Origin: an uncultured virus (IMG/VR IMGVR_UViG_3300017733_000002)
Taxonomy: Duplodnaviria > Heunggongvirae > Uroviricota > Caudoviricetes
IMG/VR virus record: IMGVR_UViG_3300017733_000002
DNA length: 64,000 bases
Strand: one strand, 5' to 3'
Shown: in pieces, positions 47,701-57,100 of the stretch
How the letters are laid out: each line of letters opens with the position of its first letter
How positions within the stretch are numbered: position 1 is the stretch's first letter
Translations under genes and position numbers: made by a program
Notes under the pieces: model-generated
The model's database searches: none
Seen by the model: only the letters and a program-made list of their open reading frames with translations
What the model was told of the DNA's origin: nothing

Positions 47701-47887
47701 TGCTATTGATGAAGGATGGGGAACAATGGACAGTGATAACTTAAATTCACTATACCAATTATTTCAGTATCTAAAAAATATATTCCAATTCTCATTAATA
47801 ATATCTCATATAGATACAATGCGAGATTTTACAGATATTCTACTTGAAATAAAGCAAGAAGAAGGACTTAGTAAAATAGTATTTTAG
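44723..47887 (+). CDS. fused Mre11/SbcD nuclease - Rad50/SbcC ATPase
   Basis: HISDIQ, GGDIAH, GNHD, LGDIH and GSL; Walker A NASGKSS; Zn hook CEKC; signature SGME; Walker B IDEG; ISH. Confidence 0.92.
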   Translation: MKIKTKFRSLKKIYHISDIQIRNLKRHKEFEQCFENLYTFLRKDPDNSVVYIGGDIAHSKTDMSPELVDQLSRLFKNLADICPTLLIAGNHDCNLNNRSRLDVLTPIVQNLNHSNLHYLDKTDVYYIGDVGFAVLEVRDDEANLPDPSTIKAKTKVLLFHGTVDKSQTDLGFALPSAVKLKDFDGYDMVMLGDIHKMQTMQEYKEGKVKKPAVRYCGSLVQQNHGETLLGHGVSVWDVKTRSFVHQEIENEYGYYTMDIDSGLVPKVDDLPKQARLRLRVKNTSPSDLKKALTVIKHRHNIKEMSIIREDNYKVDAGNSSTVDFGDVSDTDVQNGLIENYLKTNTTADDNTIEKVKKINKELSSAIIGEEISRNINWKPTRFEFSNMFSYGEDNVIDFKRCNGIAGLFSPNASGKSSILDAITFCLFDKSTRAYKAENVMNHAKSDFSCKLEFDVGNDQYVIERRGRIQNNKVASTRVDVEFYRLDDGKKFSLNGDQRASTNKNIRKLVGTYEDFIMTSFSSQGNSDMFLGLNQTEKKEILGKFLGLSVFDQLYKLAKEESSGLQAMLKNFLDADYDQQISDIENEMDAVIEVIEKLNISLHEKEESRDVFKDKIIDLVKVIKPIDSTLRSIDELENEYSNTDANLQSLTARLESTKTQLQNAKKDEEILKNRISSEKYVDIDSRLTEHELLVTQKDETKVEVNSLKVEVKNKLEKINKLGDLDYDPNCEKCVNNIFVKDAIQTKEALTNDKQRAGTLVAKLKTLENKIQINNDVLEIHREFKSLNLELSNTTSNITTFERRIKEIKDSSKTAKALKSTVKSEIKRSQSYQKDIDFNTEIQEKIDDAKNSESIINTEIKAMNNDIQEYVGKKSALESKKEEIIQVINKVTDLEQKYEAYKYYLMAVDKNGVSYDLISQVLINVETEVNDILAQIVDFQIIFEMDGKNINNYIAYGDDKSWSLEMASGMEKFISTLAIRIALTNISNLPRPNFIAIDEGWGTMDSDNLNSLYQLFQYLKNIFQFSLIISHIDTMRDFTDILLEIKQEEGLSKIVF

Positions 47888-48060
47888 ACGCTTTCGCTTT
47901 TAAGTACGTTTTTCTTAGAAACTGACTCTATTCTGACTTTGTGATCTAGCATCATTCTATTTAAAAAAGAACTAAAACTACGATAGTCGCTAATCGCATT
48001 CTTTTTTATCCAATCAGATAATTCAACATCTAAATAAACACACATACGTGATCTTTTCAT
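47884..48060 (-). CDS. ribbon-helix-helix (CopG/Arc-like) DNA-binding protein, 58 aa
   Basis: MKRSRMCVYLDVELSDWIKKNAISDYRSFSSFLNRMMLD...; AAGGTG RBS; missed by the ORF track. Confidence 0.65.
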   Translation of the reverse strand: MKRSRMCVYLDVELSDWIKKNAISDYRSFSSFLNRMMLDHKVRIESVSKKNVLKSESV

Positions 48061-48174
48061 GTGTACACCTTGTTTTAAGTTAAGTATAACAATGGTATAA
48101 TAATTATATAACTTTTTAAAAAATAATTGTACATAATTTATTTTCGAAATAATTATCTACAAACCGATTAATAT

Positions 48175-51100
48175 ATGTCAAAGATCCAAAAAACAGCATT
48201 CTTACAAAATTTACAAGATATAGACGTATTTGAAAACGAAGAGGGAATAACCTCTAAGTATTTCAATATTACTGATATACCTTTAGAGTTACCAATGGGA
48301 AAATCTTCGATGCTCATTATGGGATCGAAGTTTTTAAAGAATGATATTGTTTTAAAATTAGAATTAGTAGATAGTCTTGGAAATGCAGTATATCTAGAGC
48401 CTGTATTTGATTATGAAGAAAGTGGTGGTGTAAGAGTTGGTATCGAAATCTATAAAGGCACTGCTGCAGGTTCTGCAACTTTAACAATACTGGGAGAATT
48501 AGACCCTACTACTTATGAAGGCGTAATTCCTCCAGAAGCACAGGGAATTTACAATGTAAAATACACACGGCCGTTAACTATAAACAAAACAATAGCAAAT
48601 GATAGGCCAATAAGATTTTATAAAAAGCCAGAAGTAAGTGTTACAGAGATAATAAAAGGTCAAGTAGCATTAACATCAACATCTACAGGATCAAACGTAC
48701 AAAATGTAGGTTACATAGAAGGATTTCCAGTACCAAACACAGAAGGAAATCAATTCACAATAGATGGTGATAATTTTGGAGAAGTTCAGTCTTATAATGA
48801 TCAGGTATACGGATTTAGCCCAATAGGAAATTATGAATCTTATGACGCATCTGACCCAAGATATACATTTAAAATAGGTGAAGCAGACTTTTCATCTTCT
48901 ATGGTTGGTGGAACACTAACAATTACACAGCCAAATGCGCTAACACCATTTCAAACTTCTAGCAATACAGTAATTCCTTCTTATTCTTCTAGAATAACAA
49001 AAGTAATAAACAAAAAGACTATTGAAGTTCAAAAACCTTTTGGAGTTTATGATTCAGGAAGTGGATTTTATAGAATTGCTGGAATAGGATCAGGATCATA
49101 TCAGATAAACTGGCCTAAAGAGCATGAGTATGATACAAGTAGTATTAACTTTAAATCTTTTGCTGATGTAAGGCTTAAAAAATTAAGAACTTTTTCTGGT
49201 GATATAAATAGAGTAGCAGCTTATATAAAAAATAATGGACCTTTTAGTAACTGGGAAAAAGTTGTTGATACACCTGTTGAATCTCCAGAATTACTATTAG
49301 ATCCAACATCAATGACTGGTACATCAAGAATAGGTGTATTTAGTTCTGACTCTGTAATAAACACTTATTGGACTGCAACAGGAGGACAATTTGGAACAGA
49401 AGAATCAGCAACAGTTCAAACATTCTCAGATAATGAGTATTTATCAGATTCTGTATTTGTATCTGCATCAGCAGCATCTATGCTTGATAATGACAGTAAT
49501 GAGTGGATAAAATTACAGCTCAAGCAAAACTATTCTATGAGTTTCATAGAAAATACAGAGTACAGAATAAAAGCAAAGCTTTTCTGTGACAACACAAACG
49601 GTTTACAAAACTCTGTCAAGGCTGTATTCCACATGTCAGGTTCTGCTTTTGGAATGTCACCGTCTTTATCAGACGCAAATTATGGTAGGGCAATAGCAAA
49701 AGTTCAATTTGATAATATTGCTGATAAAACAGAACAACAAGATTTAGAGGCAACATTTGTACCAGACTCTTCCGGTAATGCAATACTTCAAGTAAGATTT
49801 ACAGGTGGACATTGGCATATGTCACAGGTGTCTATAAAGCCAAATTCAGATACAAATTTTTCTCCTGAATTTATAAGATTAATTGCACCTGTACCACCAC
49901 TCCAAACAAGACCAGATAGTTTAGATTTTGCATTTGAATTTTATGATATAAATAATAATAAAGCAAAAACTGTATTAACTACAATACCTGATAATCCTAA
50001 TGGTGTAGAATTCGCAGGTGAGAATATGAATATTCTCGGTGATGACAATATGATAGGAGGATCTGTATTTGTAGGTGGTGATGCAATAGGAGCTGGTATT
50101 CAGTTTGGTGGTGTAAACTCAACATTGCCAGAGACAGGAGAATCAGCAGCAGAAGGATCAGGATTTATAAGGTCAGTAAAATATCAAGGATTTACATCTG
50201 CAAGCTTAAGCACAGACAATACAGGTTTTATGATTTACAGTGGTTCTGTTTTACCAGACTCAGGTGACAATTACTCAGGTGTTGGCTTAGAATTAGTTGG
50301 AGAAAGCGGAAGCCTTAGATTTGGAACAAAGCCTTCTAGATTTGAAGTAATAGCTGATGCATTCTTTGTTGGTAGTAAAAACACACAGTTTATTTCTGGT
50401 TCAGGAGGCATTATAGAAATAAGCTCATCAGCATTTCATTTATCATCTTCAGGAGATGTAATAATATCTGGATCAGTAACCGCAGTAGAAGGTAACATAG
50501 GCGGCTGGCAAATAGTTGATAATAAATTAAGTGGTAGTAATGCAACTTTAGATGCACTTGGATCTGCATTATATAAGTCTGATGAAGGACCAACCACAAA
50601 TCCAAATGACGGATACTATATTGACTTTACACCTTCTGATAGTAATCAATATTTTGTAAGATTTGGGTCAAACTTTGCTGTATCATCTTCAGGCGTTTTA
50701 GTTGCAAGTGGTGCAATAATTGAAGGCCAGTTGACAGCATCAACTGGTAAGATAGCAGATTGGAATATTGGTTCCAATACAATAAGTAAAGCAACTAATA
50801 ATAAATTTACTGGTCTATCATCTGCAGGTGATACTAGATTTTTTGCTGGTGCAACATCTTTAACTAATAGCGGAAGTGCACCGTTTAATATAAAGTCAGA
50901 TGGATCAATAACAGCATCAAATTATAGATTTGACGGTGATGGTTTAATTACTGGATCTGTTACTGTTGGAGAAAGTGTTACTATACTTGGTGCAATATCT
51001 GCTAATACAATAAATACACCAGCAGCAGGACCATTTAAAGCAACAATAAATAGTCAAGGATTTGCAAGATTCGTATCAGCATCTATCGGTGGGTGGCATG

Positions 51101-54100
51101 TAGATTCAGATTCTATATTTACAGGTGACAAAGTCACAGACGCAGGTTATGCAGAGTCTGGAAGCATGACAATAACAGGAAGCGGTGGAATACATGCAAA
51201 TCAGTTTATAATATCTTCATCTGGTGAAGCATTTTTTAAAGGTGAATTAGACAATACTGCAAAATTTGGTGGCGGTGCAGGTGGTGTTAGATTTAACGAC
51301 TTCTTTGAAACAGAGACAGTTGAAGGAGTGCCAAGAATAGTACAAAAACCTACAGCAGTTCTTAAAAGTGCTACAGGACAAATTTTATCTGCAAATGATT
51401 TAAGTGGTAGTTATGGTGAAGCTAATGTATCTGCATCATTTTCAATAAGTGCATCTGGAGTTTCAATAGAGCAGGCAGATATATCAACACAAAAAGCACA
51501 AATCTCTGGACAAAGTGCTCAATCATCAGCGACTTCTGCGACATCTGCTGAAGGATCTTCACAAACAGCAAACCAAAAAGCACAAGCAGCTAATACAAGT
51601 GCACAAAGTTCTGATTCTAGTGCACAGCTATCAAATCAAAAAGCACAAATCTCTGGACAAAGTGCACAATCTTCTGCAGGATCAGCACAATCATCTGCTG
51701 TATCAGCCACAGTAGCAGATGCTTCTGCCTCAGCTGCAAATACTGCTGCACAAAGCTCTAATCAGAGTGCTCAATCTTCTGCAACAGGAGCTTCACAATC
51801 TCAAGCTGGTGCTACTTCAGCACAACAAGGCGCAGGAGTATCGCAACAAGGAGCACAATCAGCAGCTAGTTCTGCAACAACATCTGAGGCTTCTGCACAG
51901 GCTTCTACACAAGCAAAATCAGATGCTCAGAGCGCTAAGACACAGGCACAAGTTGCTTCACAACAATCAAACCAATTTAGACAAGGAGCATTAGTTGCAA
52001 AAGAATCATCAGCAACTTCTAGTTTCGCAGCAAGAGACTCTGCTTCATTTTCAGAGACAAAAGCACAACAATCAAATCAGTTTGCACAGTCATCTGCTAC
52101 ATCAGCAACAACTTCTGAGGGGTCAGCTCAGAGTTCTAATTCAAGTGCACAAACAGCAAATCAAAAAGCACAACAAGCAGCATCATCTGAAGGAGTAGCT
52201 TCTACTGGTGCACAACAAGCAGCAAGTTCTGCTACAACATCTGAGGCATCAGCACAAAGTTCAAACCAAGCTGCTCAATCTTCTAATCAAAGTGCACAGG
52301 GCGCTAATACATCAGCTCAAAGCTCTAATCAAAGTGCTCAATCATCAGCAACTGGAGCTTCACAATCTCAAGCTGGTGCTACTTCATCACAGCAAGGAGC
52401 ATCAACATCTCAACAAGGAGCAGGAGTATCACAACAAGGGGCGCAATCAGCAGCTAGTTCTGCAACAACATCTGAGGCATCAGCACAAAGTTCTGCAACT
52501 TCAGCAACTGTTGCAGATGCTTCGGCATCAGCAGCAAATACATCAGCTCAAAGTTCAAATACAAGTGCTCAATCATCAGCAACTGGAGCTTCTCAGTCTC
52601 AAGCAGGTGCCACATCAGCTCAGCAAGGAGCATCTGTTTCTCAACAGGGTGCACAATCTTCTGCAACATCTGCACAATCATCTGCTGTATCGGCAACTGT
52701 TGCAGATGCTTCGGCATCAGCAGCAAATACATCAGCTCAAAGTTCAAATACAAGTGCGCAAGGAGCAAACCAATCAGCACAAGGAGCAAATACATCTGCA
52801 CAACAATCTCAGGCAGGAGCTGCATCAGCTCAGCAAGGAGCATCGGTTTCACAGCAAGGAGCTCAGTCTTCAGCAACATCTGCTACATCAGCAGAAGGAT
52901 CAGCACAAAGCTCTAATCAAAGTGCTCAATCATCAGCAACTGGAGCTTCACAATCTCAAGCAGGAGCTACTTCAGCACAGCAAGGAGCTCAATCTTCTGC
53001 AGGATCAGCTACATCAGCAGCAGGATCAGCAACAGAAGCAGATGCTTCGGCATCAGCAGCAAATACCTCAGCACAAAGTTCTAATCAGAGTGCTCAATCT
53101 TCTGCAACAGGAGCTTCACAATCTCAAGCTGGTGCAACATCATCACAACAAGGAGCATCAACATCTCAGCAAGGTGCAGGAGTATCACAGCAAGGTGCAC
53201 AATCATCAGCAGCTTCAGCAACTACATCTGAGGCATCAGCACAAAGTTCAAATCAGTCAGCTCAAGGTGCATCAGCATCTTCACAAGTTGCAAACCAGAA
53301 AGCTCAAGTTGCTAATCAGTCTGCACAATCATCAGCAGGATCTGCACAATCTTCAGCAGCATCGGCAACAGTAGCAGATGCTTCGGCATCAGCTGCAGAA
53401 AGTTCTGCACAAAGTTCAAATCAAGCTGCACAAACATCACAATCTGGTGCATCAACAGCACAACAAGGTGCTTCAACTTCACAAGCTGGTGCATCAACAG
53501 CACAACAAGGTGCTTCAACTTCACAAGCTGGGGCTTCTACTTCACAGCAAGGTGCACAATCATCTGCAGCTTCAGCAACTACATCTGAGGCATCAGCACA
53601 AAGTTCAAATCAGTCAGCTCAAGGATCAAATTCATCTGCACAATCTTCTGCAGGATCTGCAACAACTGCAAATCAAAAAGCACAACAGGCAACTACATCA
53701 GCAACAGGTGCATCACAATCAGCACAATCTTCAGCAGCATCAGCAACTGTGGCGGACGCTTCAGCATCAGCTGCAGAAAGTTCTGCACAAAGTTCAAATC
53801 AAGCTGCACAAACATCACAATCTGGTGCATCAACTGCTCAGACAGGAGCTTCACAAGCTCAAGCTGGTGCTTCAACTGCACAACAAGGAGCTCAGTCAGC
53901 AGCAAGTTCAGCAACATCTGCTGAAGGATCTTCTCAAACAGCAAATCAAAAAGCTCAAGCTGCAAATTCATCAGCACAAAGTTCAAATTCAAGCGCACAA
54001 TCTTCTGCAACAGGAGCTTCACAATCTCAAGCAGGAGCTACTTCAGCTCAGCAAGGTGCACAATCAGCACAAGCTGGAGCATCAACAGCACAGCAAGGAG

Positions 54101-57100
54101 CTTCAACATCTCAACAAGGAGCTTCAACTTCACAAGCTGGAGCATCAACAGCACAGCAAGGAGCACAATCCGCTGCTAGTTCTGCGACAACATCTGAGGC
54201 ATCAGCACAAAGTTCAAACCAAGCTGCACAATCATCTCAAGCAGGAGCATCTTCATCTCAACAGGGTGCACAAAATTCAGCAGGATCTGCATCAGAATCT
54301 GCACAATCCGCGGCACAGTCTGCAACAAAAGCATCACAAGCTGCATTACAAGCTCAAGGAGCAGCAGCATCTGCATCAGCAGCGGAAGATGCTGCGCAGC
54401 AAGCCGCAACAAAAGCTCAACAGGCATCAACAGCTGCACAGCAGGCATCTACAAAAGCATCTGATGCAGAAAGTTCTGCACAACAAGCAGCAGCCAAAGC
54501 ACAAAATGCATCAAATTCTGCACAAACAGCAGCAATAGCAGCAACAGCTGCAGCAGCATCCGCATCACTAGCTTCTACATCATCTCAGCAAGCATCTACT
54601 GTTGCAACACAAGCATCACAAATTGCATCACAAGCAGCAGCATCAGCAACCGCAGCGGCTCAAGAAGCAGCAGCTTCATTGGCATCTGCACAACAATCAG
54701 ATGGGTCTGCTCAATCATCTAGTCAGAGTGCACAGGGCGCTAATCAATCAGCACAATCTTCTGCAGGATCTGCAACAACTGCAAATCAAAAAGCACAAGC
54801 AGCTAATGCAAGTGCTCAAAGTTCTGATTCTAGTGCACAAGGTGCAGCTGGATCAGCTACAACTGCTAATCAAAAAGCTCAACAAGCATCTAGCTCTGCT
54901 CAGACATCAGCAGTATCTGCAACCTCAGCAAATTTATCAGCAACAGAAGCAGACGCATCTGCATCAGTAGCAAATCAAAAAGCACAAATAGCCCAACAAG
55001 GCGCTTCAACATCTCAGTCAGGTGCAAGTACTGCACAATCAGGTGCTGCAACGGCACAGAGTGGAGCAACATCAGCACAACAAGGAGCAAGCTCTGCAAA
55101 TACTTCTGCACAATCTTCTGCAGGATCGGCTACAACTGCTAATCAAAAAGCGCAAATTTCTAATCAAAGTGCACAATCATCAGCAACTTCTGCGACATCT
55201 GCTGAAGGATCTTCTCAAACAGCAAATCAAAAAGCACAGCAAGCTTCTGCATCATCAACAACTGCAAATCAAAAAGCACAGCAAGCTTCTAGTTCAGCTC
55301 AATCTTCTGCAGGCTCTGCTACATCAGCAGCAGGATCAGCAACAGAAGCAGATGCTTCGGCATCTCTAGCTAATCAAAAAGCACAAGTAGCTCAGCAAGG
55401 AGCAAGTACTGCTCAAAGTGGTGCTGCAACTGCACAGTCAGGAGCTACTACTTCACAACAAGGTGCTGCATCTTCTCAGTCAGGAGCTCAATCAGCTGCT
55501 AGTTCTGCGACATCTGCTGAAGGATCTTCTCAAACAGCAAATCAAAAAGCTCAAGCTGCAAATTCATCAGCACAAGGAGCCGCAGGATCTGCAACAACTG
55601 CAAATCAAAAATCACAAGATGCAAATGCAAGTGCACAATCATCAGCAACTGGAGCTTCTCAGGCTCAAGCTGGTGCTACATCGGCACAGCAAGGAGCAAG
55701 TACTGCACAGAGCGGAGCATCAACTGCTCAGACAGGAGCTTCACAAGCTCAAGCTGGCGCTACATCGGCACAGCAAGGAGCACAATCTTCTGCAGGATCT
55801 GCTACATCAGCAGCAGGATCAGCAACAGAAGCAGAAGCATCAGCTTCATTGGCAAATCAAAAAGCTCAAGCTGCAAATGCATCAGCACAAGGAGCTGCAG
55901 GATCAGAAACAAATGCAAACACTTCAGCACAACAAGCTCAATCAGGAGCAAGTACTGCGCAGACAGGTGCTTCACAAGCTCAAGCAGGTGCTGCATCTGC
56001 TCAGACAGGCGCTTCACAAGCTCAAGCAGGAGCAAGCTCTGCACAACAAGGAGCTAATTCTTCAAATGCATCTGCACAGACTTCTGCAGTAGCAGCAACT
56101 TTTTCAGCAGCATCAGCATCAGTTTCAACAACAAGTGCACAATCTTCAGATGGATCTGCACAAAATTCAGCAGCATCAGCTGCAGAATCTGCAGCGTCTG
56201 CAAATACTTCGGCACAAAGTGCAAGTCAGTCTGCAACCAAAGCATCTGAAGCAGCAGAAAGTGCACAAGCTTCAGCTAACTCAGCAAGTCAGTCTGCTGG
56301 TGTTGCTACATCAGCCGCACAAAGTGCAAGTCAATCTTCTAGTTCAGCAACAGCTGCAGCAGCATCTGCAACGACATCTGCACAAGAAGCTAGTGATTCT
56401 GCTGGTTCAGCAGCGACAGCTGCAACTAAATCACAACAAGCAGCAACTGATGCAACTACAGCTTCACAAAAAGCTTCACAAGCTTCAACAAATGCAACTG
56501 CAGCTTCACAATCTGCAAATACTTCTGCACAATCAGCAGCTGGATCAGCAACTAGTGCAAATCAATCAGCAACAAAAGCATCACAGGCTTCAACATCCGC
56601 AGCAGCATCTGCAGCATCAGCATCAGCAGCATCAACAAGTGCACAACAAGCATCAACAAAAGCACAACAAGCTGCAGTACAAGCTCAGAACGCTGAGGGA
56701 GAAGCAGAAAATGCAGCTCAAGAAGCAGCAGATTCTGCAACAAAAGCACAACAAGCATCAGCATCTGCAACTGCAGCTTCACAATCTGCATCAAACTCTG
56801 CAACATCTGCAGCAAACTCTGCAACAACAGCACAACAAGCTGCAAGTATAGCAACACAAGCAGCAGCATCTGCAACCGCAGCAGCTAATGAAGCAGCAGC
56901 ATCATTGTCATCTGCACAGTCTTCGGATGGATCTGCTCAAAATGCAAATTCAAGCGCACAAGGTGCAGCTCAAAAAGCAACCGATGCAACAAGTGCTGCT
57001 CAACAAGCATCGACAAAACAATCACAAGCTTCAACACTACAATCACAAAGCTCAACATTAAGATCACAAAGTTCTGCAATATCTTCTTCTACAAATTTAA

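Noticed and set aside
51481..57070. Possible CRISPR array or ice-nucleation protein
   Set aside because: The repeats are degenerate, in-frame and have no unique spacers. The period is 7 aa with no AGYGST octapeptides.
51515..57079. Long L/Q/H/K-rich ORFs in alternative frames and on the minus strand within the fibre repeat
   Set aside because: They are shadows of the GCA/TCA/CAA codon repeat, which rarely creates off-frame stops; no RBS and no protein-like composition.
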